Shown here one piece after another: positions 14,600 through 28,595 of a stretch of 64,000 bases of DNA. The stretch spans positions 977,924-1,041,923 of the forward strand of contig JAAOMT010000299.1 in assembly GCA_016748015.1 (NCBI GenBank), given 5' to 3'. Within the stretch, counting starts at the first letter, position 1, and each line of letters begins with the position of its first letter. The notes below the pieces were generated by a model. It was given only the letters and a program-made list of their open reading frames with translations. It had not been told where the DNA came from and searched no databases. A program made the position numbers and the translations under genes. The DNA is from Geosiphon pyriformis uo1. Lineage: Eukaryota; Fungi; Glomeromycota.

Positions 14600-16740
14600 T
14601 CAATTATAGCAAATGAATAAAGTATTGACATTCAGGCTTTCAATATTTTAAAGTGATTTAATTATAAAATTTTTACTAATGTATTAAAAGTAGTAATACA
14701 ACAAAAATTTTATCCCACATATTATTCATATTATTGTCTTTTCTAGCCATTAAAAAAAAACTTTACACAGACAATTATATTTAATCTTGTACTGTTTTTA
14801 AAGTATTTTCAGATTATTTTGGTAGTTGGATTTAAGTTGAATTTTTGTTTGCTTTTTTACCAATAATTAACTAATTTACCCAAATTTATTTTAACTGATA
14901 TTGTTTTGTAATTTGTATTTCAAGCTATTAATTTCAATATTTATAAAGACAATTTATGTACTTTACTTAAAAAAATATAGTTAATAATCTTATAAATATT
15001 TTTAAAATTGCAGAATTTTTTTCCATTTTTTTAATTATTCTTATTTAAATTATAATAAATTATTTTTATTTAATGTTTTTGTTATAATATTGTTTATATA
15101 TAATGCTTAAATATTTTTTTAATTGATATGTTAGCATAAATTTTTATTATTATTTTATTTTTAAACAATAAATAAATTTTCAAAAAAATTCCAATTTTTT
15201 TTAATTTATTTATATATTTAATTAATTTATTGTTAATTAATTATTATTTATATTATACTTTAATAAAATATGATCTAACTATTATTTTAAATTATATAAT
15301 AAATAATTACCATATAAATATGTAATTTATGTTTTTATTACATATAATTAGTTACTTAAGTTATATATTTATATTTTTTTTAATATTAAAAAATTTAACA
15401 ATTTTAATAAAACCAAACTGAAATTCAAAACAAAACAATTATAATTTTTGTATTTAAAAACTAATAACAAATCAAAAATAAAGCCAATTAAAAAAATATT
15501 ACAAATATTTTTCAAAGTTAAATTATTAGTAATATTAAAAATTATAAAATAGTTATTAATTAAAAATTTTTTACATTTTATTTTATATTTTAAATTAAAT
15601 ATTCAAATTTTATTTTTATAATTAGTGCTAAATTCTAAATAATTTTAAAATCAATTTAAAAATCCTAAAAACTTTTTATAATATTCTTTGAAAATTAATT
15701 TTTTAACAAAAAATAACAACAAATATTATAGAATAAAAGAATTAAAAATTAAAGTTTTAATATACAATTTTTATGATTTAACAAACTTAATAATAATAAA
15801 CTTTTTTTTAACTGTATTTAATATGTAAATAAAAAATAATTTAGCACTTTTTTTTTATATTAAATACAAAATTTATTAAGATAACTTTTATTATAATATT
15901 TTTTTCTTGTTATTGTTAACAATTTTTTATAAATATTAAAATAAATTTGAATTTTAAACAAATTACATGTATATTTTTTTTATTTAATATTAATTATAAA
16001 AATTAAAAATACTTAATATGTATTTAAGATAGCTTAATTATTTAAAAACAATTTCACAATATTATTAACCAAAATAATATTTAGAATTACAACAATTATA
16101 TAAAGTTTTATCATAATAAAAAACAATAAATTAATAATTTTAATATTTAAACCAAATATTTATGTTAAAAAATAAATTATAACATATTTACAATTTTAAA
16201 TGTATTAAAATTTCTTAAAATTTTATTTACATAAACAAAACTACAAAATAAATTAACATTAAACAAAAATTTTTTAGTTTTAAAAAATCTAAAATACTAT
16301 AACTACAAAAAATTATTATTAAAAAACAAAATAATTTACAAATATTTTTAGTACAATATTTAAAATAATCAATTATTTTATTAAATTAAACAAATATAAA
16401 ACAAGTTTTTTTATTAATAAAACATAATTTAATTAAAAATTTGATTATTTTTATTTATAAACTAATTAATTAATATTATATTAAAATACTTTAAAGATTT
16501 TACAACAAAAAAATAGCCAATTTTATTCAGAAATTTAGTTAAAAAAAGAGTTTTTTAATTATTAAAAACATTTACAATAATATTATTCAAAAACAAATAA
16601 TATTTAAAAAAATCTTTAAAAACTTTAATTAAAAAACATTTAAAAAAACTAATTTTTAAATAAACTAAATAAATAAATTTAAAAACTTTTATTTTAAATC
16701 TGTAAATTTAAAAGTTTGAATTTAAAAAATTTGGTTAAAA
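14600..16740. other. Extremely AT-rich tract, probably terminally decayed repeat DNA
   Basis: Very few G/C bases, essentially no CpG, and no ORFs. Confidence 0.6.
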
Positions 16741-16751
16741 TACTACTATTA

Positions 16752-17920
16752 TTTTTTTTTTTTACATTTTAATGAATGAAATCCAAACACTACCTAGTAC
16801 TATACATCATGCAAATGATCTAAACTAGGTGTAAATCATGTATTTTCTACATGTAACCAGTCACTCAAGCCAATCAAAACAACACTAGACACTTATATAA
16901 ACAGAAATCATATTACCTACACCAAAAAAAAACAGACAAGATTTACAAAACCCAAAGCTAATACCAAAGGCATCAGTGATACCTAATAACTTAACCACAC
17001 TAGCTGAAAGTAACTTAGAGGGGCCTATAACAGAAAGAGGGAGAGAACTATTACATGGAATTAAACTATTTTTCTCTATAAGAGACCTGTATCTAGCACG
17101 AACCAGCCAAATCTCCTCCCAAAAAGCAAGACAAAATTTACACACAAAATTCATGACAGTTAGAGTCGCCACTTTGGAATCCTTAAAAACAGTAACTAAT
17201 TCATGGTATCAATTATTAAAAACAAAACCTTTACATAGAGCTGTGTCAACCACAGCACTAGAAACACAATTTGACAACAACTGTAAGACACACAAAGAAA
17301 AACAAGAAAAACCAGTATAAGCCTCCCAAGCAGATGCATGAATATCAACCAACTGAGTGTGCGCAGAAGCATCAGATGGGCAAGAAAACACATGGTCAGA
17401 GACTTTAACATCACCACAATAAAGACATATCATGCTGAGATAGCACTTATCATACAAATGTTTGCGCACAGTTACAGAAAGCTGGTGATGTAATGTCTTC
17501 ATGAAATATGTTTGACAGTCGGCAGTATGTTTACTGGTAAAACTAACAGCCAAATAAGAATCTGGATGCCACACCAAAGAAGATCTGAACCAATTCACAT
17601 CTGAATACAAGTTACTTAGTATGACCCAAGAGCCTGAACCCACCTTCCAACCCACATAATGAACTGATCAGAAAACATCACGGACAAAGTATTTAGAACT
17701 ATCAGAGACCATAGTACCACCAGCTTTTAGAAACTGTTCATTGATTGAAGAAGGCAGACAAAAGTCAGAAAAAGCAGCAGCCTTAGCAAACTCATTAGTG
17801 TGCTCATTGCTCATAATACCAGAATGACCTTTGACTTTAACCCAATTTATGTCCAACTGTTTACGATGAATGATGTTAGCAATGTGGTGGCGTTCAATCC
17901 AGTACTGATTCCTGAAATCA
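16752..17920 (-). mobile_element. 5'-truncated non-LTR retrotransposon (LINE): RNase H end, C-terminal Cys/His motif, 3' UTR, poly(A)
   Basis: WVKVKGHSGIMSNEHTNEFAK (RNase H, 17668-17856); CLYCGDVKVSDHVFSC (17209-17655); IWLVR motif; poly(T) at ~16752-16763 on the + strand. Confidence 0.85.
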
Positions 17921-18189
17921 CTATTATTAATTATAATAACAATATTAATATTTAAATTTTTTTAAAATTTACTTAATATAAAAATTTTAGCATAATATAA
18001 TTTATTTTTAATTTAAAATTAATATTTTTTGCTTAGTTTTGTAATAATTAAAATTGTGTTTTTGTTTTTTATACTATTTTACAATGTTTTTTGGTTTATT
18101 ATATATATATATATAAATTATATTTTAATTTTTATTAATATTTTTTTAAATTATTTTTAATTTTATTATTTTTATTATTATAATATTAT

Positions 18190-18785
18190 AGATTGAAATA
18201 ATAAGTTGATAGATAACAAAAGAGAACAGAATTATAAGATAATAAAAATAATTAAAGAAAAAATTACAATAAAGAAGCAAATTAAATGAGTAAAAATTTA
18301 ATATATATAATTAGTCTTATAGAAATTACAGTTATAAATCTTTTCAGAAAATTTAAAAATAGAGAAATAGTGTATAATTATTAACAAAATGATAATAATA
18401 ATATTATTTTATGTCTTAACTTAACAATTTTTAGAATTAATAACAGATATTATTGTGTTTTTTAATTTTTTTTTATTCAATAAATTACAAAAATAAGCAA
18501 TTGCTTCTTAAATTAATTTTAATAATACAAATCAAGAAAAAAAAAAGATAAATTATGTGAATACTAACAAGTAATTTTTTATTTCAAAATGTTTAAATAT
18601 TTAAAAATAAGAAAAAAAAAATAAGCAATATAAAAGAAAGTAATTAATAGTAAATTTTATTTTATTACTTTGATTATATTCTTTTACAGTTAAAAAATTT
18701 ATTATTTATATAGCTATTAAAAGTAATTAATAATTAGACCAGTAATTAGATTAATAATTAGGCTAATAGTTAAATTAATAATCAA
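18190..18785 (-). repeat. Inverted copy of the dispersed repeat at ~10870-11470, including part of the 12-bp array
   Basis: 18670-18785 is the near reverse complement of 10880-11000. Confidence 0.7.
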
Positions 18786-18848
18786 GTGTTGATAATGGCA
18801 AAAGTGATTAATATTTTTAATTAAGTAATAATAATATAAATTTAATGA

Positions 18849-21800
18849 TGTTACAGGGGTGTTTTTTTGGTATATTTTAATTGTTGATCTCCCATTTTAA
18901 TTGCAATTAGTCTCTTGTAAGTTCCTTGATTTTTATGTGTTAGATATTAATGATAATATACTGAAGGTTTCTTTTTGATGTTGTGATGTAAGTCTTCTCT
19001 TTAATTCTAGTTGTTTTTGTATGTTGTGTACTTCTTCCAAGAGACTAATCTGAAATCTATCTACTGTCTGGGGTCTTCTCTGAAACTATTCTTGCAATTG
19101 CCTAATGTGTTTCTCTAATCTAGAAACATAGAATGTTAATAGCCTTTTCGTGATTTCCTTAAGTATATAATAAAGCTTTTTTAATTTAATTAATAACCAC
19201 ATAAATAATCTTGATCAGGAATTATTCTTTCAAAGGATTCAAAGATGGAATGATAGTTTCATTCGCTAAAAAAGGTATGTGAATTCTATTGTTAACCTTG
19301 TAATTGTGATGTTCATTCAATTTATTATTTTTATTAATTCTTTTTGAATAAGATTTTATTTTAGATATTTGTTGCTTTTAGTTAAAGCTGTTTTTTTTCA
19401 TCATTAAAAACTATTGTATATATATATAATTATTGTTTTACAAAATAATGTCTTGTAATACTCTATTTCTGTTATTTCTAAATAGTGCTTGCTGCTATTG
19501 TAAAATAGTGCTTACTGCTTTTGCATGATAGTGCTTGCTGCTATTGTAAAATAGTGCTTGCTGCTATTACACGATAGTGCTTGCTGTTATTTGTAAATCA
19601 TTTCTTTTTATAAATTGTTGCTGTGCTATTTTATGATTGGCTAATTTATATTATTTATAATTCCTATTAAATTCTTGAACTGTAACATTATCTTCTCCTT
19701 TCAAGATTGAGCTCTGTCAAAATTGAAGTTAATTTTTTCATTGAATTCTAAGTTGCTATAGTAGTCCAATATTGTATTATTAACTTGTTGTTGTAATTTT
19801 TGAAATTATAAGTTCATAAGTCGTCCAATACTGTTGGTTGTTATTATGTTCATGATTGGATTCAGTAATACTTTGTGACAATTTTTCAAATGCTTTGAAA
19901 ATTCTGTAAACTGCTTTTTGAATTGAATGTACTGTTGGTTTTTTCAATAAAACTTTCTAATTGTTGAATTATTGCTTTGTCAAATACTCTAATTGATGGG
20001 TGGGTTTATAATTTTTACATGTGTTTCATTCTTAACAAACAGTCAGCATTGGCATTTTTGGTACTTTCTTTGTATTTGATAATATAATTATATGGTGCTA
20101 ATATTTGTAACCATCTGGTGTATTTTCCTTTCAGCACTTTCTTGTTATTTAACCAGACCAGATCTCTATGATCTGTGGTAATATCAAAGAGTTTGTACTG
20201 TAAATATGTGTAAAAGTAAACACAACTCCAGACTACTGCTAAGTATTTCAGTTCATGTGCTGCGTAGTTTTGCTCTGCCATACTGAGACTTTTATTAACA
20301 TAAGCAATTACACATTCTCTTCTATTATCATCTTTTTGTGAAAAAATGGCTCTAAGTCCAGTTCCAGAGGCATCTGTGACCAAAATGAATTTCTTGTTAA
20401 AATCCAAATAGATCATTATTGATGATTCAATGAGCTTTTGCCTAAGGTACTCAAAAGCTTTTTGCTGTGTTTTGGTCCATTCAAATTTTACATTTTTGGA
20501 TAGTAGATAATTAAAAGATTTGGCAATGTTTGAAAAGTTTTCTACAAAGTGGCAGTAGTAAGATGCAAGTCCTAAAAAGCTTCTAACTTCTGAAATATTT
20601 CAAGATACTGGAAAATTTTTCACTTTGTCTATTTTTGATGGATCTGGTTTTATTCTATTTTTTCCAACTATGTGTCCTAGAAATGCTAGCTCATTTTTCT
20701 AAATTTAATTTAAGTCCAGCATGTCTCAATCTCTCAAAAACTTGTTGTAAATGTTGGAGATGATCTGTGAATTTTGGTGAGAAAACATTTGTATTGTCCA
20801 AGTAGACAACAACAAATTGCCACAGAATTTTGGAGTAAATTACATCCATTAGTCTTTGAAATGTTGTGAGAGCATTTGTTAATCCAAATGGCATTACATT
20901 GAACTCATAATTGCCATTTTGTGTTGTGAATACTGTTTTATGCCTGTTTTTTGGGTCCATTTCTACTTGCCAGTATTCACTGATCAAGTCAAGTATAGAA
21001 AACCATTTTGCTCCTCCAAAAATATCAAAGATTTTGTCAATTAATGGTATTGGGTATGAATCTTTGGTTGTTTTGCTGTTTAGTTTGCAATAGTTAACGC
21101 AAAATCTAATTTTTCCATTCTTTTTCCTTACTAAAACAACTGGTGAGGATCATGGGCTCATTGATAGTTGGATTATTCCTTTTTCTAACATGCTTTGAAC
21201 TTCTTTTCTGATAAAATTATGTTCTATTGATGGGACATGGTAAGTGCGTTGTTTTTCAGATCTGGTATCTCCAATGAAGATTTGGTGTTAAACCAAGTTG
21301 GTTCTTCCAAATTTGCCATTTTGTGAAAATATATCAGAGTATTTTAAAATTAATGCTTTTAATTGTCACTGTTGGTCAAGATCCATTGTTCCAATGTTTA
21401 ATTTGGCCAATTCTTCTGGCGTAAATTGATAGCATTTCAACAGTTGTTGCCAATTTATTGAAGTAAGTTCACAGTAGAGGGCAATTTCTGAGAAATTTAG
21501 AATTTCTTGTAGTGTTAACATGTTTTTTAGCTCCATTCCGAAGTATTCAATGATGATATCTTCTGGAATGTAGACAGGTTCTTCTGTGGTGTTTGCGATA
21601 GGAATTTTTATCCATTGAGTTTTATTAGCTAGAATAAAAAGGTTAGTAAGTCCTATAAGAAACTGTTGGCAAGTTTTTGGATAAGGCTCAAATATTAGGT
21701 CTTTTTCTTTAATTGTCCTTTTTATTCTTATTTCTGATTTTCCATATGATAGGAGTGTGATGAACCATTCAGTTTTAATTATTTTGCTTTTTTCCTCTAT

Positions 21801-24800
21801 TGTTTTAGTGAAATTTACTTCAATTCCTTTTCCTGTCAATTTAAAACCAAAAGTTCCTCTTATTGTTTGTAACAATTCCTCATGATTTTCTATTGGCACA
21901 AATTTCCCAATTTTTACTAATGGTAGGAAAATTGCTTGTGTAATCTTTTCCTTAGATTCAATGATATAAGGCTTTTCTGAATTGTTCTGTAGCAAAACCA
22001 TCAAATTTCCAGTGTATCCAGAGTCAATTATTCTTCTTTGAATGCTTATTCCTTTTTTCACGAGGCTTGATCACAATGCTATTTGAATCATTATTCCTGG
22101 CAGAATTTCAACTGCTATTTTTAGGTCGATTTTGGTGATGCTTCTGGATGGTAATATTGTGAATTTGTCTTCCAAATAACATAGATTGAATCCGGCATCA
22201 GTTGGATAGGCTCTTTCAGGTATTATTTCTAAGTGTCTGTTGTCAAAGTATTAGATGTTAATCACCTGTTTTAGGTTAGTATAGGCTACAAATTTTTCTG
22301 ACTTGGGACCATCAGGTGAATCTTGTTGATTTATTAATTGATTTTGAGACTGCTGATTCTCAATTTCCATTTTTCTTTTTAAGTCCCTTTCATCTTGACA
22401 CTTTTTACAGCACTGATTTTGACATGGGATAAAACAGTTTTCGCAGAGGTAAGTGTTAATTTGGGCAAGGTATTGTTTTTGCTTTTGTTGAGTGGGGCAT
22501 AGTTGTTGGTAGTAGTCCTGAAATTCATCCACTGGGTCAAACATGTTGTAGCTGGCAACTTCATTGGCTACTTCAGCTGACTCTTTCCAATATCGTATTT
22601 CTTCAGCAGTTCCTTCTCTTACTTTGGCTTGTGTGGTGTTGTATAACTCATTCTTATCATGTGGGTAGTGCTGCAGTCTTCTTAATGCTCTGTTAAACAC
22701 TGCTTCAAACAGTGTTCTTCCTCTTACCCAGTCACAAATGAGGATCATGTATTGATAAGTTGCATCACACGTTCCTTTTCTGCCTGGTATGTTATTCCAG
22801 TTGCACTCTTTTGGTAACAGTTCTCCACAAGTGAGGCACAGTTTCTCATCCCATTTTCCGTGTCTTTTTGGGTAACTGTATTTTTCTTTGTTACAACAGT
22901 TATAAAAGTAGTGGGTGAGGTTTCTTGGGTCTTTGTCCAGTGTGCTGCATGCAGTTATAGATGAGAGTTTTTTCTTGCAAACTGAGCATTTTAACTTTGG
23001 TCTGCATCACTGGTGGTTTCTTTATGGACTTACCTAGTTCCATTCGGATTTTTTTTTACTGGTCTATATTGATACAGCTGGTAGTTCTGTTCTTTGGTTA
23101 TCAGCCCAAAAGAGCTGATAGGTTTTAATGGCTGGTAGTGCTGAATTTTCTTTAAATTCAAAGATAGGTCTTTGGTTGGTGCTGGGTTTTTGAAAGTGGC
23201 CACAGATGGCTGGAATTCTGGTCTGGTGGCCATTATAATTGATCAGAAGCTCTTGGGTGGTCTAGTCTAAGGTGTCATTGGTTTTTGTTAGCCAGTTATT
23301 CCCTACTAACACTTGATATTGTGTAGTGTCTATTATTAATACTTTTGTAGGTATTACTATGCCATTAATTTTAAAAGGGAATGAGTTAATTTTGCCATGA
23401 GACAGCTTTGTACTTCTATTGGCTATTATGATTTGGAACATTGTGGCACGATCAACTTTGAAACCCAGTTGGTTTACTAGTTGAAGCGTTACAATGCTTC
23501 CAGCAGATCCACTATCTAAGATAAGTTTAATTGGAGTATTGTTTATAGTGGCTTCCATATACATAGCAGTGATTGGGCATTTTTTGTCCAATGCTGCTCC
23601 ATTAAACATAGTCTTGTTTTTCTCTAATTCAAAAGAAAAAATAGCTACGAGGCTGCTATCTTCAGTGGCAACTGCTGGTGGTATTGTTTGGCTTAATTTG
23701 TTGGAGGAATTTTCAGTTCTGTTTATGTTTCTACCATCATTGTTTCTGATGATTAGATTTTCCAGTATATTAAGATAAGTTTGTTGATAATTTTGGTAGT
23801 TTGGATTGGTTTGCTGACTGGTTCTAGCACGGTTTGGATTCTTCTGGACCAATGCATTCTGGTTCCACATGGGCTGATTTTGGGGCTTGGGATGCCAATT
23901 CGGGTTGGCTATTATGGGCTGTTGCTAGTAAGTTCCTTGATTTTGATACATGGTGAGATATTGGCATGGTATTGGCATGTACTGGTTTCTGGGCATTTGG
24001 AGTGGCATGTAATAATTATTTTTGCATGCTTTCTGCATCATTTGCATTCGACATTGACTAATCAAATGTCCTATGCATTTGTAAAAATAGCAGGTACATG
24101 TTTCTGTTCTGAATTCTTGACACAATGAGTGATTATTTCGACTGTCACTGACTTTTTGGCTGCATTTTTGGAGTGGTTGGTATGTATTTTTTCTTGAATC
24201 CGGGATGAGGTAACTTTCTATTTTCTTAAAGAGTTCCTCCTCTAATTGCATTACTCTTTTCTCTAATGTTTCTGTCTTATTTTCTTCCATTATTATGTTA
24301 ATCATTTAATTATGGTTAGCTTCTTTCTCAGCCAATTCAAGGGCTCTGGTGAGTGTAACGGCTTTTGGTAAGGAATTAGGGTGGGCAGGGCATACTTTTC
24401 CTAAAATACTGCTTTTTAATCCTCTAATAAACTGATTTAAAACCTGAGGATCAGTGTAGTATCCTTGTTTAATCACTTCAATTTGATGGTAAATTTGATT
24501 GAATTGAGCAAGGTATTGGGTGACAGTTTCACTGGTACCTTGCTTGATAGTATTGAATTTGTTCTGTAGTTAGATTATGGCATTTGGGTCACTAAAATAC
24601 TCCAGAAGTGCATTTTTAAATTCAGTGAAGCTTGTGGGTTTTGTTTCCAGGCTTTGATACCACAAATTAGCTGTGCCTTTCAGGAAAAAAGGTAATATTT
24701 GAATTGCTCTTTGGTCACTCCAGTTATTTGCCTGGATGGCTTTTTGCACTTCTCTGAGCCATGTGTACATGTCTGTTTCTTCTTCCTCTCCTGAGAAATC

Positions 24801-26503
24801 TGTTAGTCTTGTAATGTATGGTGTGATCATTTCATCATTATTTTTTGCTAGTGGGCTTATTGGTCTAAGAGGAGATGGGATGATATTTCCTTGAATGTTC
24901 CTAAAAATGGCTTCTCTTATATCCAGTTTTTCCTCTTGATCATGAGTTTCTTGGTTTCTGGACTGGCTGTTTGTTCCAGTGACTGGTTTTGTGATTGTTT
25001 TTTTGCTGGTCTCTTTTTTGGATTTCGATTCAGACTCCTCTTCATGGTTTTCAAACTCCGTTCCAAATTTTGGCTGAAAAAAAGGGTTTTAGAATAGTGA
25101 TGAATATTCTCCTGTAATTGGTATGTCTTTTCAGTTACGTTGTTTAATTTTATCAGTATAATTAGGAGTTTTTGGTATTTGTGAAGTTGATGTTGATGAT
25201 GATGCAGCTCCTAATAGAATTTGTATCTTATTTTCTAGTGAAAAATAATATGATTTATTTTCTGGTGAATAAATATGTTGTTTCTTTATTGATTGAGTGA
25301 CAGTTTTCTTTGGTGTTTGAGCAGATATTCTTAGTTTTTGCTGGTTACTTTCCTGATTAGTTTCTAAATTTTCTTTGGTTTTGTTGGCACGTTTCCTAGT
25401 GTTTTTTGTGGATATTGGAAAATTTTCGTTGGCATATTGCTCAATTTCTTGATAAATTTTGACAATAGTTACGACTATTACTGCTACTTCCTTTGTAGTG
25501 TATTGTGATAATTCTCTATACAATCCAAGTTTTGCATTATGTAGTTCTTCTTCCTTTCCTATATGATAATTTATTTTGGTATTGATATAATAAGTGAGGA
25601 CAGATTCTGCTGGACAACACCCTTCTGGTAATCCAAGATCACTTTGATTTTGTGTATAAATAGCACAGCAGAATTCAAGAACAGTAAGAGTAGAGGTTTT
25701 TTTTGATTTTTTTTCCTCATAAGGTTCACCAAATGTTATGGGAGTGTTTTCTTAGTATATTTTAATTGTTGATCTCTCATTTTAATTGCAATTAGTCTCT
25801 CGTGAGTTTCTTGATTTTTATGTATTGGATATTAATGATAATGTACTGAAGGTTTTTTCTTGATGTTGTGATGTAAGTCTTCTCTTTAATTTTAGTTGTC
25901 TTTGTATGTTGTGTACTTCTTCCTAGAGACTAATCTAAAATCTACTCACTGTCTGGGGTCTTCTCTGAGACTATTCTTGCAATTGCCTGATGTGTTTTTC
26001 TAATCTAAAAACATGGAATGTTAATGGTCTTTTCACAATTTTCCTAAGTATATAATAAAGCTTTTTCAATTTAATTAGTAACCACATGAATAATCTTGAT
26101 CAGAGATTATTCTTCCAAAGGGTTCAGAAATGGAATAATAGTTTCATTCACTAGAGAGAGTATGTGAATTCTATTGTTAATCTCATAATTGTGATGTTCA
26201 TTCAATTTATTATTTTTATTGATTCTTTTTGAATAAGATTTTATTTTAGATATTTGTTGCTTTTAGTTGAAGCTGTTTTTTTTCATCATTAAAAACTATT
26301 GTATATATATATAATTATTGTTTTACAAAATAATGTCTTGTAATACTCTATTTCTGTTATTTCTAAATAGTATTTGCTGCTATTGTAAAATAGTGCTTGC
26401 TGTTATTTGTAAATCATTTTTTTTTATAAATTGTTGCTATGGTATTTTATGATTGGCTAATTTATATTATTTATAATTCCTATTAAATTTTTGAACTGTA
26501 ACA
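18849..26503 (-). mobile_element. Ty3/Gypsy element C with both LTRs and no integrase; inserted in an older A-family LTR fragment (~18786-18848 + 26504-26834)
   Basis: LTRs 25734-26503 and 18849-19687 (TGTTA...TAACA). TSD ATGA at 18845-18848 and 26504-26507. PBS TGGTGAACCTTATGAGG ~25715-25731; PPT ~19690-19702. gag 24570-25523; PR LILDSGSAGS 23262-23870; dUTPase ~21830-22230; RT 20691-20987; RNase H 20015-20416. Confidence 0.92.
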
Positions 26504-26839
26504 ATGATAATAGATAATTTTATTAATATGAAAATGATTTTACTTTAAGTCATAGAAACTATTTTTTAAAAAAAAGTATTGTTCTAAATTAATTTGGAAC
26601 TTCTATTAAATTCTCCTGAAATTATTTTTTTTGCTTTTAACACTTTTATTATATATATAATTAATATTATATAAGATTTCTTGAATTCTTTTAATTTTTT
26701 TAGCTAAGAATTCTGAAATTTTTGGAATTTTATAATTTTTCAAGAGGAATTTTGAAATTTCTCTTTTATTATGCCTATTTCTAATTGGCTATTTTATATT
26801 TTTATTAAAAATTCCTAAATTTCTATAAGTAACAATAGT

Positions 26840-28163
26840 AAAAAATTTTTTAAACAATAATTTATTTTTAATAAACAATTTATTCAATATGTTTTATAGT
26901 TTTAATAAGTTTCTAATATCAAATATTTTAAAAAAGTCTTTGTACTATAGTTTAGTTTATTCTTTAAAGAAATTTGGAGTTGTATTTATTAGCAGATTTT
27001 TGGACCAAAAAAACAATATAATAAACTATAAAACATTTTGTTATAGAAAAAATTAGATCTTAAGAATTTTATGTTTTATTAATTTGAGTTAACATTAAAG
27101 TTTTTGTGTGATAAAAGTACTTTAATGATTAATTCTGTTAGTATTGGCAGATTACTTGGCTTAAATGTTTTAAACTCTAGAAAGTTTTCTAATATATAAG
27201 AATATTTATATAAAATTTAATTAGGCATTATTAAAGTATATACAGATAAGTCTTTAAAAAATACTGGTTTTGTTAAAGTTATTAATAAAGTTACAGCTTA
27301 CTTTTCAATTGTAAATATGAATATTAGTATTAGAATACATAAGTTTTTGTTTTTTATTATAACTAAATTATAAACTGTTATTTTGTTTTTAAAATATGTT
27401 CTATCTTTTTATATAATAGTTTTGCACTTAAATAATCAGACTGCTATTGATGTATATGTGTCTAAGATTTTGTTTGCTGTACTGAACTTTCATAATTAAT
27501 ATTGAATAAAAAAAAACATATTGTTAATTTGAATAAGAATAAAATTTTTTAATTAGATGAGTAAAAGTTAAAAGTCAATCAAAAAATTCTAGATAATATT
27601 AAAACTAATATAATAGTAAGTAAGACTATTCAATTTTTTTTCTTTGTTAATTGGAATGTATAAATATTTTTTGGTAGCTAAAAACACAGCTGTATTTAGT
27701 AATACTTGTCATTTTATTTATAATTTATATAGATTTATTTATTATGTTTATTAAAAAGCTGATTTTAGTCATAATATAATTTTGAGTATATTAATTAAAA
27801 AAATAGATTGGTTGGCTACTATAAAAATATAATATTCTAATTTTTATATGTTTTCTGAATTTATTAACAGAAAGTTTGTTAATCTGTATATGTGCTTAAT
27901 AAAAACTGTATATAAATAACTACTAATAGCAATTAAAAAAATTGTATAACAGAATATATTTAAATATATTATATTTGTTGTATAATAAAATAAAGCTGTT
28001 AGATTATGTTTTTATTTGTATTAAAGATAATAATATTTACAAAAATTTTTGGTAGAAGTTTCTAAATAGTAAGTTTTATTAATAAGTACTTGTACTTTTT
28101 CTACTTCTGTTGTTTTAAATATTTTTTCTATGTATTTGTTAAATATAGACTTATATATAGTGG
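26840..28163 (+). mobile_element. Decayed LINE (RNase H region); continues at 49044-49520 after the nested insertions
   Basis: Remnants resemble 16885-17920, e.g. GTAAAAGTTAAAAGTCA (~27561) for the WVKVKGH motif. The sequence resumes after the GTGG TSD with the LINE C-terminus and 3' UTR. Confidence 0.6.
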
Positions 28164-28595
28164 TATTACTCATAAAATATAAGAATTATATTAATACATA
28201 AATTAGTTAATCAGAAATAGACATAGTAAATAGGAAATTTCAGGATTTTTCTTAAAAAAATTACAGAATTTCAGAATTTCAGAATTTCAGAATTTCTCTC
28301 AAGAAATTATAGGATTCCAAGAATTCTGGAATTCTTGATACAAAGAATCAAGGAATTGAGAAATCTCAATTATATATATATAGTGATAGCATTAAAAGCA
28401 GAAAAAACAGACATCTAAGTTCTACTTCCTAGTTAATATCTATATATTCACACTATCAATAAATATACTTATTAATTATATCAATCCAATTGTCTACTAT
28501 CAACACTTTATATTAATAATAATTCATACTTGATCACACTGAAACAATAGCTCTTGATCATAACTATTAATAAAATACTAATTTAATTGTCTTGG

